Under the pieces are notes generated by a model. It worked only from the letters and a program-made list of their open reading frames with translations. It had not been told where the DNA came from and did no database searches. Positions 1 through 14,544 of a stretch of DNA of 64,000 nt are shown here, piece after piece (position 1 is the first letter of the stretch; every line of letters begins with the position of its first letter). The stretch comes from Chrysomallon squamiferum. Its lineage: Eukaryota; Animalia; Mollusca. Made by a program: the position numbers and the translations under genes. The stretch is from contig CM022670.1 of NCBI GenBank assembly GCA_012295275.1, positions 11,718,001 to 11,782,000 of the forward strand, written 5' to 3'.

Positions 1-3000
1 GATTGATTATGTTTGTGTGTCATAGCAAGAAAGAGAGCAGTTATAATTATGTTTGATTTTTAATTTTTTCTTTACTGAAAACAACTCAAATGACTGACTG
101 CATTTTATCACAGTGTTGAGATATTTTGCTTACTAAAGAGTGTGTGTTTTGTTTTTTTAGCAGTAAAAATTGCAAAGTAAGCACCTAGAAAAGCTTAATT
201 CTGGCATTATTTGGTGTTGTGATTAGGACTGTTTATCAGTGTGTTAAAGTCTTTGTTATTTCAGAAACAGTATCCAGTAGCCATCGTTTATGAAATACTT
301 ATTTGTATTTGAGTCTTTTTTTTTTTTTTTGTGACAGATCACATATATTTCTTTATTGATGACTTTACAAGCTGACTTTATATCAGCAGTCTTTTTATAC
401 AATAGTTTATATTTTCTTAATTTGTTAACATTATTATTGTTTATATTTCAATGAAATGCATTAAATCACTGGTTTTTTTTTACTATGCCTGTAAAAAGAT
501 GTTTTCAAAGAAAAATTTCTTGACATTTCTTGACAGTTTTAATAGTGTTAGATTTTATATATTATTTAATTTTATTTTATTTATTTTTTATATATAATTT
601 TTTTTTCTTTTGTTTTCTTCTTATTCTTCTTATTTTGTTTAATCTTTATTATTAATTTTTTTTTAATCTTACTTTTTTTGTTGGTTTTCAATATACAACT
701 GAAGAAATTATATTATAGTCATTGTATTAGATAATATTTCTGTGTTAATGAAATAATAATTATATTTAATGAATGTAAATTTTGATAACTTGTTTTAAAG
801 GAAAGAAAAATAAATCCAGGCATTCCACATAAATGATTTTTTACACTGACAGTTTTCAGTTCTAGATGGTAGCATTTGAGGCTAAAAGAATAATAAAATA
901 AATCATTCTTATGACAATTTCTTTTGATTACAAAAATTCACTCTTTTTTTATATACAAAGCTGTGTTGTTCAGTATTTCAGATTCTAAAACATACAAATT
1001 AATAATATTAATTTTCTTGGCTTAATTATTTTGCATAATTTTAGTGCTTTTTAGAATTTTCGTTTGTATGCATAACACTTAGGTTTTTTTCATACTTTGA
1101 TCCCTTTCTAATTCCTTCTTCTTTTTTTTTTTAAATATATTTTATATGTTTTGAAACTTAAAAAATGTAGATGATTTTAGAACACTGTAACATTTTGTTT
1201 GCTTACATGCTGTAATCAACATCTATAAAAACTTAGTGCTTTTGTTATTTTTGTTTTGTTTACTATTAAATGTTTTGTATAGATTTACGTAAATACAAAT
1301 TTGCTTTATTAAAGTGTATATCTGTGGCAGTGTGAAAAAAAAAATGGTCTCAAAATTAATAAATTCTTGATACTTACAAACTATTATTTTAAGCAATCTA
1401 AAACAAAAACAGTGAAATTATACCATTACAAAACATTTCAACTCGACCATTTATATATTTTTTTATCTTCATAACTGGAGTTATGACATTATGAGATACA
1501 TAAACCAACAGACAGCTGTACTTTTTAAAACAGCCCCCAGAGGAAACTCATCTGCCCTGCATAACCAAAGCTACAGAAAAATGGCAAAAATCTTTTGTTA
1601 TAATACTTAATTAATTAATAACGATTTGAATACCTAAAACAAATAAAACATAACTTAGCTGTATGCCTAATGTAATTTGGACCGTTTCTTCGTTATTATC
1701 AAAGGTGTACTTCAAAACTTAATCAATCTTTCTGTCATCCAGTATCTGTGAATTCTCTTTATGTGATTCTGATGGTGTGTTAATGTTGTTTAATATATTC
1801 AGATGTTGTCTGTTCTAGAAATTGTTGATGTGAAAAATAACACAAAGCTAGCTGTTATTATGACAACACTGTTTTTTCACTTGTAAAACTTAATTGTTTA
1901 TTATACTTTTGTACAAAAATAAAATCCACATCATTTTTAAATGAACTTTTCACTATAATAAATATTTTCATTATTCCTGTTATTATTATTATCATTATCA
2001 TTCAGAAAACAGAAAAATAGTAATTTATACCTGTAATAATAATGATAATAATAATAATAATAATGATTATTATTATTTGTGCTGTTGTTATTAATTACTA
2101 TTATTTTATTTTGTTTATATTTTCGTTATTCCTGTTATTATTATTATCATTATCATCCAGAAGGCAGAAAAATAATGGTGGTTATTAATTACAGTGTTTT
2201 CAATTTTAGTTTCTTAGTTTGATTATTATTATAATGGTGGTTTTGTGTATTTATCTCAGTAGAAAGTAAATCATTATATTTAAAGAAATTTTTAATTTTG
2301 ACATTCGTAAATAGTTGGTCATAAATAATAGGTGGTGTTTGGAACCTTTGTTTCAGTTCTTTAGTCTTACAGGAATTTGTTAATACTGGATTATATTGGT
2401 AAATTATTTATATATTTAAACTGTAAGCATTTAGGTTTTGAATAGAACATTCCAGACTATTAAAATAGCAATCAAGAGAGAGGTTTATAAATTTAAAGAT
2501 AAATTTAGTAATTATAGCATAATATGAAGTCAGTGTGTGTGGTTATGTTTGTAATTATTTCAGATTTGGTATTGAAATATTTAAGAATACAATTAAAAAT
2601 AGTAACATTCCAAGGCTACTTGCTTTTTGTACATTTTCTTCCTATTTCTAAATTAGCTTTTACAACTCAAAGTGATTTATTTGTAAGAAACAAATGTGTG
2701 TGTACATTCCTTCAGATGTTAATTAAATGTTTGTGAATGTGTGTATATTTTGTATTGTCTCATAAAATGCTTACTTTCACTTAAATGTGATATCTGTATG
2801 TAGAGCTAAAACATGCATATTTACATTTTCTAGAATATTTTTGACAAAATGATAATCATATTTTATAATTTTAATTAAACTTTACTTCTGTACTTCAAAC
2901 AATTTTTTAATTTTTTTTTACTTGAACGTTTAGAAATGTTTAAATCTGATAAATTATACCTTCCTTTTTTAGAATCTGAATTGCTGTATATTTCAATATT

Positions 3001-3450
3001 AATATTTTATAAAGGAAGTCACTTCCGAAACTAGTCACAGAATAAACTGATTCAAATCAATGATTTTGTAGTGAAATATCTGTTTAAATAAGAATGAATT
3101 AAGGTAGATTTTTCAGTGTTTAACTTCACTATATATTAATATCACAATGTTTAATGTTTAATATTTATATATATATATATATATTTTTTTTTTTTTCTGT
3201 TATTATTGGGTTTTTTTTTTAAAAGTTTAAAATCTAAAATTATCAACAAATTAAAGAATGCCACATTATAGTTAAACATTTTGAAAGATTTATTTCTGAT
3301 AAGTCTTTTTAAAATTTACTTACAGAGAATGCTGTTTTTATTGTTACTTTTTGTAAGCTGAATATATGATGATTAAATTTTCTTTGTATTATATGAAATA
3401 AATTCTTAATTATTTTTATTGTGTCTTCATTGTCTTTTCTGTTTTTTAAC
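1..3450 (+). other. Probable 3' UTR / 3' end of a gene lying upstream of the window
   Basis: T-rich, CpG-poor sequence with no credible ORF. Several AATAAA hexamers, the best at 3397-3402 followed by a T/GT-rich tract (ttattgtgtcttcattgtcttttctgttttt). Inference only. Confidence 0.3.
1960..2175. repeat. Local ~60-bp duplication separated by (AAT)n/(TAT)n
   Basis: atattttc(a/g)ttattcctgttattattattatcattatcat(t/c)cagaa occurs at ~1962 and ~2117. Confidence 0.8.
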
Positions 3451-3641
3451 AGCAGTTTAAAAATACTTGTAAAAAAATTATGGTACAAAAAAAATGGACA
3501 GAAACCATCAGTAGATATTCTTTAGACATGGCTAACTATTGATCTGTATAGGTATTTGTCCAAAAACGTGTAACATTTAAGTTTCAATTTCTCTCATACC
3601 AAAACATTTTGTTCATTTTTCTTACAATTTTTTCTTCTTCC

Positions 3642-3679
<38 letters not shown>

Positions 3680-5959
3680 ATTCTTCTAAATATACTGAGG
3701 TTCTATTTTTCTGAACCTATAAGTATGTAGTCTCATTTTTAAAAATCTGACACCTCAGCTTTGGGGTAATGAAACAGGTGATACTTAAATGGAAGACATG
3801 TTAAATAATAAATTACACTGAATGATGTAACAATGCAGCATTTTCTCAGTATATGCACACGGAAAATAAGCTGCATTATTTTGCAGGTTTGAAACACCTG
3901 AAACATTTCCAAACAATATTAGCATCATTTACTTTTCAGTCTTCACAGCAGTTAAGTCTGCATCATGTATTACCAAATAAAACAGATGCCAGTTTCTTTA
4001 TATCAAATAAATAACTTTTTAAAATTAAAATACAAATATATCAAATGAAATGAAGATCCTATCTCATCAAATCATATTGAATTTGGAAAACAAAATTCTT
4101 AACATTGTCATTTAAAAAAACTTAAATATGTATGTAATCATTTAAAATGGCTTACAACAAAAGACTTAAAAGAACAGAATACAAAAACTTTTATAATTTA
4201 AACTGCTGATATTCCAATATTACTTTCTAGATAAATAATTAAATTTAGTGATTGAATGAACAACAATCAAAACACAATAGTTATTTTTATCATTTTAACT
4301 TAGATTACAGAAAGAAATTTGACAATTTATACACTGCTAAGTAGGTGTTATATTTTAAATATGGAGTCTTATTTTGCCTTTATTAATTAACATCTAGAGT
4401 TATCTATCTTTAGTAGCATTACATATTCCATTCATCATATGATGAAGGTTCTTTGGTCGGAAACAAATGTCAAATTTTGTTTACACACAACTTAGGGATT
4501 GCCCTTTACATTAAAGGAAATAATAATGATTTATAAACCAGTAATAAAAAAAAAATGAATTAAAATACAGTCACGGTTTAAGCTCCCTTTGACAAATAAG
4601 GCTTGTCAGTTTGAATCAGGAAATGAAGTATATAATATATATACTATTGAGTTATGCAAATATTTGGTATCTTTTGCATCTCCAGACAAGGTCTATTTGT
4701 CTTGTTGGAAACTGGTAAACATAGTAAATTCTGAGCAAATTGGACAAATGTTTTAAATGTGTGTGTCAGGAAAGAAATGTAAAAGAGAGAAAATGAAAAT
4801 ATCATTGAACAAAAAAAAGATGGGTTTAGAACATTTTTCCATGTCTGTTTATCTAAGCTTACTGAAAATCTAATATTTTTAACTTATATAGAATAAGATT
4901 TAACATTTTATTTTCAGTGTTTGTAGGCAACTCATGTTATGCTGAATTAGTCTCAGTTATTAAATGTTAATGATGAACCAAAATGGGAGACTACTCTGAA
5001 TGATCAAGATGCAAATTCTTTCAGCAGTTACTGGTGATCATCTGAAATGGCAACAAAATGTTTGATATGTACAAATTAGATGTATAGTTGAAAAATAGGC
5101 TGTGTTCTCCATTTTTCTTTTACATTCACAATATTTATTTCAAATCAAAATTGGTAAATTTACTTATTTAATATTTTGTCTTGCTATTCACACACATAAC
5201 TACCAACAGTCATTCTGGTACTTGGGAGATAAACCTTTTTTTGAAGTATTTGGATTTTTGGGTGGTTTAAAACAAAACTCATATATGTTTATTTTTGTAT
5301 TTAATACCTAAAAGCATATAATTATAATAATGCTATAATTATCAAATATCTTTGTTTAAATTTCTTCACATGTTTTTTGGAAATGGCAAATAATGGTATT
5401 AATTATATACTTTATTATTAGTAAAGATATATTTTGTGTTCAAACAGGTCACATGGAACTAAATGAAAACTGGTTTTAAAAACAAAATTCTGTAGGGAAT
5501 GAAAAGGGAAGGTGTTAATATAAAAACCATTATAATGTTTGGAAACATATTTGTTTTAGACAATGTATTAATAAGAAATAGTTCTATTCCATTCCACTTT
5601 CAACCCTTTATGTTTTTTTTTTCTCTTTGAATTTTACATCTATTTAGATCAGTATACCAAATGAACAAAATGCTTTTAATATTCTTATCATATTAAAAAT
5701 TAAATTTAACTTTAAGAAATATTTTATTTATTAATTTTTATATGTTTTCAGGTACTTACATTCTAATTTATATGTAATAATAATAATAATTAAAAAAAAA
5801 TTAATGTTAGTTTTAAATTTTACAGATAATTTGTGTTTCAAAATTAGGATTATAGTAAATGATAATAGTATATCCTCATATTTAAAAACTTGTTCACATG
5901 TTTGTTATAGTAACAAATAAGTGATTGCAGTAGTGTATAGCTATCTCTATCTGTTACAT

Positions 5960-6286
5960 ATTACATACATACTACTATTTACCATTACCACTAATATTAC
6001 AACTACTACTACCACCATCAACACCATCAACACTACTACTACTACTACTACATACCATTTCCACTGCTGCTACTACTACTATTATTACCTACATTATTCC
6101 ATTACCATTCACCACCAACATTATTTCTACTACTACTATTATTATTACCACTAACAAAATTATTCACATTTACCATTACCATCATCATTATTTCTATTAC
6201 TTTCAACTAATGCTACTAACACTAATATGATATTTAAGATGTTTGACAACAATGGTTACCTTTTTCCATTCCTGTCTGACTACTTT

Positions 6287-6350
<64 letters not shown>

Positions 6351-6790
6351 TACTACAACACTATTAACAACATTTAAGATGGTTTGTTCCGATTTAACAG
6401 TGGTTAAATTTCACACCTCGTTTATTGTTTCCATGACACCTCATTTACTACCATTTACTACTACTTTAAGACGGTTTTGTATTACTACTACTGTCTGACT
6501 ATTTACTTTACTACTACTACTACTATTACTACCACTACTACTACAACTACAACTACAACTAGATCATTTAAGATGGTTTGTACTGACAGTGGTTAGAAAC
6601 CCAATATTCTTTGATATTCTAAATTTCAGTATTGTCTGACACCTCATTTACCATTTACTACTACTACTACTACTACCACCACCACCACCACCACTACCTA
6701 CAACTACAACTACAACTACAACTAGATCATTTAAGATGGTTTGTACTGACAGTGGTTAGAAACCCAATATTCTTTGATATTAAAATTTAG
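5960..6790. repeat. Composite (ACT)n/(ACC)n microsatellite interleaved with a repeated unique unit
   Basis: The unit atttaagatg(g)tttg...cagtggtt recurs at ~6231, 6372, 6466 (degenerate), 6566 and 6729. The last two copies are near-identical over ~75 bp. Confidence 0.8.
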
Positions 6791-8405
6791 TACAGCTATA
6801 CACATGTTGCAAGAAGTTTTGAATAACTGTCAACAAGTTCAAGAACATTCAGCCACTCCTGGCCTGGGTTTCTGGTTTTGTGGATAATCCTGGTAGGGAT
6901 TTTGTCCTCAGATTAAACAAAGTGGACTAAAGTTTCTGTGAACAAAGAGACAAAGCAGGGAGGCAGATTTTATTTTCGAGGGCCACAGCATGAGTATGGG
7001 GAGTGGCTTTGTGTGTAGGGAGGGCTTGGGTAGAGATGAGTGAAAAAAAAAATAAAGCTGATTCATATTACTCTGCATCACTATAAATTATCTCTTTGAT
7101 GTAAATATTTTTGAAATTAAGCAAAAAAAAAATCACATGCAGAAAAAATATTTAAATGCTGTGGTTAGCTGAGTAAGTATATTTTTTAAATGCAGATGGG
7201 ATAAGAATCATAAATCTAGTTTGTAAAAATATTTAAATGAATGCTTAAAACTCTGAAAATCACAAATCTAATTTGAATTATTCAAGTGTTTCTATTTAAG
7301 AAGATAATTTCCTATATATATAGAGAGCTATTTTTTGTGTAGTAAAATGCAGTAATTTATATTTAATTATTTTTAAATCTGAATTTTAAACTTTCAACTA
7401 ACCATTTTCAGTGAATGGTGCATTTTAAGTATTTAAAATTAACATCTGCATGATGTCTTGCCATTTATAACAGTAATGTTTAATTAATAGTGATTCAAAA
7501 TGGTAATAAGATATTTCTAAACCTGGGAAAGACACTTTTTCCCAGCACTCAAGTTCCAGAACAGACTGGGAATGTTAGAAACCAGGCTTGTTTTAGTAAT
7601 GAAAAATAATTATCTGAAATCAGAATCAAAATAAACTGAGAAGATTTAGTTCAGTAGATAATGTAGTTTTGTTTTTTTGTGGGGTTTTTTTACTCAATTT
7701 AGTTAGTGTCACAGATGAATTAAATAAAAAAAAATTCAGCTATGTACATGCATATGTTTGTTTATGTGTGTGTACAAGTGGGTACATGCATATAGATACC
7801 TACACACATATACACACATATATGTATTTGTGTGTATGAATATTTGCATGTGGAAACTGACATCCATATAGCTACTACTTTTAAAACTAATAACTAAATA
7901 ATAGAAAAATGTTTAATCTAATAAATATAATTATTATATCTGTATTTACTTACAGAACAAAATTTAAATGACATCAAAATGTACTGAACACATTTACTAT
8001 AATAATATTAAGGTACATTAAGACATCAAAAGAAATCTGTATTTTTGTTTATAATAACAAATAAGTGGTAGTAGTAGTGCTAGTGTACCAACCTTGTTTA
8101 CACATGCTCAGTTCCTCCTACATCTTTTTAATCAGAAATTGATGAAACATAGCAATAATTACATACAGCATGTTAATACACATTTCCTTTTTCATTTGAA
8201 AATTATGTAAATAGGCTGAATTTGTCAGTCCATTTATTTCTGAACCAGATGTGAACGAGTATGACATTTGAATTTTAAATCTTTCTGATAAAATGATAAT
8301 AAAACACCAAAACATTATTGTTTCACTATACTGTACAAAAGTATGAATGAGGAAGAAGTTTAACACACAAAATCAGCTCTGAGTATGATGTTTTCAATAT
8401 ATGTA

Positions 8406-8436
<31 letters not shown>

Positions 8437-8582
8437 TAAACATAATATAGAAATAATTAAACATAATATAGAAAAAAAAAAAAAAGAACTAAATTTGAAT
8501 CATAAATCTGCTTTTGTGACAACACAAGTGTCTTGAATAAACATACTATGAAGATGACATGATGAAATAGAGAAATTAGATA

Positions 8583-8615
<33 letters not shown>

Positions 8616-8854
8616 CTAATGTTTTCAATGTATTAAATAATATCAATGAAATAAAAATCATTAAAACCATAATTACAGAGGATTTTTAAATATTAACTGT
8701 GTGATAAATATATATATATATAAAAAAATTGTGTTGAAGCATAGAAATAATAGAAATAATTACTATAAAGAGTTAATATATAATATATAAATTTATTTTT
8801 GACTGTTTTCAGTATATTCTGTATTATAATATTGATGAATCATAGCCCTAATTA

Positions 8855-8887
<33 letters not shown>

Positions 8888-8999
8888 TGAATTTAACATA
8901 ACTTTTTCTGAATATAGCTGTTATTAATTTCCAAAATAATATAATACATTATAGCATTATATAAACACATTGTGAACATCTAATATTGACAAAACACAG

Positions 9000-9830
9000 C
9001 CCGAGGCTGCTGTGAGTGAAAACTGTCGACGACTAGGATTGTGAATATTCTGCGTGTGGGAGTGTCAGGAATCCACAGAGACACTCCCGCCTCACTGGGT
9101 CACAGTCCATTCAGTGCATTTCATTGAGTAACTCTATCTTCTCCGTTCTCAACCGTAACGTTGAGTCGCACACAAAATAATTCTGTACCAGACGAACGTA
9201 ATTTTTCTTTATCTTTGACTTCCTCCGTTTCTTTCTTTTTTTTAATTATTAATTATTATTTCGTTGATGACGTAACAAAATGGAAATGTTTTTTCTTGTT
9301 TGTTTTTTTCCTTGTTTTTTGTTTTTTTTAAAGATATGTATGTATGTATATATATTATATATGTGTACTTATACATGTCTGTGTAGGATGGCACATGTGT
9401 GTTTGTGTGTGTGAGGTAGAGAAAAGAACGAGTTTCTATATATAAAACAGCTTGCATTATAAAGCACTGCACAAAGCAAGCAGGATTATTATTTTTTTTA
9501 ATGACCTAATTGTCATTATTACGGGTTTATAGAGTTGCTCGCACAGGTACGAACAAGCTAAAAGTAATTCTCGAGAAATCATTTGATACCTGTAAGTACT
9601 TCAAGTTCGTGTTTGATCGCCGGGTCGTTACCAAGAGGGAGTGCTGGTTATTTGTGTCCTTATAGAATTCCATTCACAAAGCTTTTCACTGATAGTCCAA
9701 GGTTGCGGAAATGTGACCTAGTATCGGTGTAAAACACATTTCTCCCTAACCTTGTTACCCAGTGATTAAAACTCGCTTTCTTTTTCAACGAATCTCTGTT
9801 ATTTTACATACAGATCATGTCGAGTATTTC
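9000..9830. promoter_or_regulatory. CpG-retaining island, candidate promoter
   Basis: Abrupt rise in CpG relative to the flanks. TGACGTAA (CRE-like) at ~9267, TATATATAAAA at 9437-9447 and a donor-like CAG|gtacga at 9546/9547. Confidence 0.45.
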
Positions 9831-9856
9831 TTTTTTCATGCTTGTGTCTGTATTAT

Positions 9857-9905
9857 TATTATTATTATTTAGGGATTTTTAATTTTTTAATTTTTAATTT
9901 TTAAA

Positions 9906-9948
<43 letters not shown>

Positions 9949-10544
9949 TATTATTATTATTATTTAGGGATTTTTAATTTTTTATTTTTTATTTTTAAAA
10001 TTATTATTATTATTATTATTATTATTATTTTTTTTTTTTGTATCTATTATTTATTATTGTTGGTGTTTATTTTTTATTTTTTTTTCTGCTTTCACTGTTG
10101 CTACAGTTGTTTTTGTTTTTTATTTATAACTTTATCAGTCACTTAAAAAAATACATTTGCACTTTACTTTTTGATCAGGTGAATTTAAATTACTTCTTAA
10201 AATGTTGCATAACAAATATTTTATAAATAGGCAATTACACACACACACAATCTTATTTATTTATTATTTTTTTATATATAGAATTACAGTTATTGTTTTG
10301 ACTGAGATCTTATTAAAAGGTATTAACAATATAGTTTACAGCTGATTCACATACAGGAGGGGAAACAAAGTTCAAAATGAAAGGGCACATGTGAATCAAT
10401 GCATAAAAAAGACAACAAAAAGAAGTCATTAGGAAAGCTATTTATTATTATTATTATTATTTAGGGATTTTTTTTTTTTTTTTTATTTCTAAAATTATTA
10501 TTATTATTATTTAGGGATTTTTTTTTTTTTTTTTTAATTTTTAA

Positions 10545-10590
<46 letters not shown>
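9857..10590. repeat. (TAT)n-TTTAGGGATTTTT units, two tandem pairs ~590 bp apart
   Basis: tattatttagggattttt at ~9863, 9958, 10455 and 10505. Confidence 0.7.
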
Positions 10591-10593
<3 letters not shown>

Positions 10594-10659
10594 TTCTGTT
10601 TTTCAGAAAAGATTCTTGGTATAATAATTATAGATGCATAGATAGATAGATAGATCAAT

Positions 10660-10841
10660 CAGTGATATCCAGAACAGGGCCAAAGGGCATTCAAATCGCA
10701 GGGGGGGCATCCAGTCAGAGAAAAGAACAATAAATTTGGTTGATTTATATTTAAATGGAATAAAATGTTTATTTTATGTTTCATCTGAGTTTACAATCAA
10801 GGATTTGGCACCGGGCATCACCAGACCTCTGCACACCACGG
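10660..10841 (-). mobile_element. Short non-autonomous DNA-element (MITE-like) fragment
   Basis: The reverse complement of 10794-10841 aligns to 38910-38957 with 8 mismatches in 48 nt. The GC-rich CAGTGGCGTGCAGAGG-type terminus is typical of dispersed invertebrate elements. Confidence 0.55.
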
Positions 10842-13800
10842 AGACAGATAGATTTTACGACCATCCTCTTTTGCTCCAAATTTTCATTCATTTTCAGTTA
10901 TGTTCCAGTCTTTCTTATCATGTGCATCACTTCCATCATTGCCTGTTCAGCGTCTGTAACAATGCTTTCATTATTTTTTTTTTTATCTCATTACACCTCA
11001 AATAAATGCAACAAAATCTGGATAAAACATATCACTGGCTTCATTCAACGTAGTTTTCTCATATTTATAATTACTTATTAATTAAGATATTTTTTCTTTC
11101 TCTACCAAGGTGTGGTAACAGCTCATCTTAAATGTGTGCAGGCCAACTGCTAATTTAAAACATGGTGCAGCTTTGAAAAGAAGAAAATATATTCTCAAAA
11201 GGAAGATAAATAAATGATTGTTGTTTTTTTGTTTGTTGTTTTTTCTTCTTCAGCAGTATTAATTTTGCAGCAAAAAGCAGGTGACACTGTATACTCAAAT
11301 TTTCAAGTGTAATGAAGTGATATTTATATGGCAAAAACTTCAGAAAATGAATATGAGAAAACATTATGAAACAAGTTAATAATATTAACATTTCTTATAG
11401 CACTCAAGTTAACAAAACTTAATTTATACTGTTTTTCAGTGAAAGTGTTTTTAAATAGGGAGATTTTTAAACCTTGTTTCAGAAATATCTCAAACTAATC
11501 ACATTGTAGTATTGGGGTTTTTTTTCTGTGTATATTTTATAAAAATACTTCTTTCTGGAGTCAGGCCAGCTTTAACAGTGTAAATTTAGAACTGACAATA
11601 AGATGATTCAGCAGTCATTCAACACTTTTCATAATGTGACAGAATGTGAGAGTGCTCTAGATGGGTAAAGTGTTGCATGTAACTTCAGAAAAATGTAGAT
11701 TTTAAGGTGGAAAGTGAAACAAAAAAATCTTAAGAATCAATTTTTTTTTGTGTGAGTGAAAGCATTACTTAGTAGCATCAAAACATGCTGTGTGCCTTAT
11801 CCATGGTTTTTACATGCACTGACACATATACAAAACCATGGAATAATTTTTATATTTTTATTGTAAGTCTTTTCTTTTTTATTAGTTCTTTCAGATTATG
11901 AGTTTTTCAGAAAAAAACCCGCCAAAAATCAGATTTTTAATTTTTAATTTGAGTTTGAAAATATTGTCATCTACCTGTTATGTGAAAACCAACCCCCCAA
12001 CCCCCCCCTCATGCTGTGCACTTGATGACTGGGTCGCTATCAGTGAGAATCAAGTCGTGCATCCTAATGATGCCTGCTCATGTTGGTTGCATGATGTTTC
12101 TTGCTCAGAGGAGGACACAGATAACCAGCATTGTTATCTCATTACAAAGGATGTGTATCAAAGACTACTGGGTTAATCTCTCGTACGAGAGTGGCTTAAT
12201 CTCTGGGGTTTTTTTTGTCTTAGCTTTTCGACTTTGTCTTTTGTACCCACTTGTGATGAACAGGTGATTTGTTCAGATCTGTTCGAATTACAAGCTGGTT
12301 GAAACTAGGGAGATCTCTTCATTGTATCAGCCAGTTTTTTTTTTTTTTTTTTTGTTTTTTCATCAGCATTTTGAAACAGAGTTTTAAATACTCGCTCATA
12401 TTCAAGTAAAACAAGATTATAACAAACCGCAGATAATTTTTATCTGATTTTACACGAAAGCTGTTCATCTCAACCAGCTAACTTAGATATTTAACAAACA
12501 AGGACCAAATATCTCCTCCAAATATGTCAAATTTTTAATATTAAAAAAAATAATAATAAAAAATAAATTTGTTTACACAGAAGAAGCCAGTTAGTGTGCT
12601 AAAAGAAAAGAAAACCTCAAATTAAATTTAATGAAGTTTTAAGAAAATTTTCAACTGAATTGTATTATTTAGTCATCCCATGATCTGTCTGATTAATTAA
12701 TGATGTAATATCACTCCACAGGGTAAAATTTTAAATATGATTTGACATATTAATATTAATGTCATGGCAAGCAATCATAAATTTATTATTTATTTTCTTG
12801 CATTTAATTAGTGAAACGATTGACTGGTAGGAGGTTTGCTGGTAAAAATGTCCAAAGCTTTTCCCATTAATAACAACTACAGCAGCAGCAACAACAGTAA
12901 TAATCATAAATTTATTTAGACATTTATTTTTTCTTGTAATTTAATTAATTAATTTTCTACTTTGATGATTATAAAAATGCTCAATCTTCCAATACATTTT
13001 TTTTTAAAAATCAGCAATCATATATTAAACTTTGCTTTGAGCAAATTAATATGCCACATTCTCTTGAGTGTTGTGAGCAGACTCACATACTTTTTTAACC
13101 TGAAATAACTGCATGTCTGGGTTTCTTTTTTTTTTTCTTTTTTCTTCTTTTTCTTCTTCTTCTTCTTCTTCTTCTTCTGCTTTTCATTGGTAATTTTCTC
13201 ATTAACATCAACTAAGTGATTTTTACACTCGGAGACTGTTTATAGCTGTTACGTAACAGTAGATGTAGGTATGTATGTTATCAACTTTATGTCTTTTGTA
13301 TAAAAATTTCAGTCTGACTGCCAGTGTTTGGCTGTGTCTGTGTGGCTCCCCCTGCTGGGTGCTAGGACAGATAAGCTTTCTGGTCTGTGCAGTTGGGATT
13401 ACTGCAGGAAGGTGTTACAGCAATTTGCAGTTTTATGTGAAGTTGTGTAATGCGCACTGTTTCAAGTAACAAACCTTTGGTGGAATTCAGAAATTAATTG
13501 TGTGGCATGTTATTAAAGAGAGTTTATTGTTGTTTCAGATGAATTCTGGGAAGGAGATAAAGCCAAACCACCATTCAGAGCTCCTTAGTAATTATATAAC
13601 TCTTAGAATGTGAAGTGTGAGGTAGGCAATTTAATATGTGGATGAAACTGATCTTTGTTAAAACCGCCCCCTTTTTAAACCCACATCCTTTTATAAGGTT
13701 TCATTCTTTATGCAAACATTCACAACAAGGCATATAATTTGTTTAATGTCATTCAACAACACACCGACCATTATGGAGCAGGTATCATCTACAGAGGTTA

Positions 13801-14544
13801 AACCTTGTTTTAATCATAAAACGCAGTTGTAACTTTTTATAATGTTATCTCAGTGACTGAAAAAAACTATATATATTTTTTTATTTTTTTTTTTTTTGAC
13901 ATGTAGTTAATTCATTTATCTGAAATATAGATAATAAAAAAATTATACAGAACATCAATCAAATTAAAACTGTTTGAAATTTTGACTTGCTCTGTTTTAG
14001 CACACTTATTTTCTTACGCAGTTTTAATAACTTTATTTTCTTTATTGTTTTACTATTCTTCTTTTTTTTTTGTGATCACTAAAATTCTGAAGTAACTAGC
14101 AGAATATAATAAAGGAGGACATGTTGTGTGGTTGAGGTAAAAGTATAGTTTAGCTGAGTGTGATAAAAGATTTTCACATGAAATCAGATCTAAAAAAAAA
14201 ATAGGAAAGTAAAAAGAAAATGTCCACTATTTATTATGATTTTGGTTAGTTGAGTATGAACATTTGTTTACACTCTGACTCAGATGTTGATGAAAAATTT
14301 ACCTTTAAAATTAACCTACTGCCCCCTCTATGCCAATTAATGCTCATTTTACTAGCACTGAAGTTTTAAAGTCATACTTTCTACAAAACAGTTATTACTG
14401 TTAAATAAGTAAAGTGTAATAGAGACTGAATTACTTGTGAATGATGTTTTAAAGATAGCACAATAAGTAATTAAGTTTATTTTTATTTTAAACTATTAAA
14501 AAAATCTTAACAACTTGAGTACCTTTAGTTACTACCACAGACTT

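Noticed and set aside
1325-1334. TGGCAGTGTG, matching the 5' end of mature miR-34
   Set aside because: The match stops after 10 nt and runs into poly-A, with no hairpin.
9863-10520. TTTAGGG words as interstitial telomere repeats
   Set aside because: Single isolated heptamers inside a duplicated AT-rich unit, not tandem telomeric arrays.
11898-12267. Two overlapping ~90-aa ORFs in a GC-richer patch
   Set aside because: No domain similarity recognised and no partner exons; may be non-coding or regulatory.
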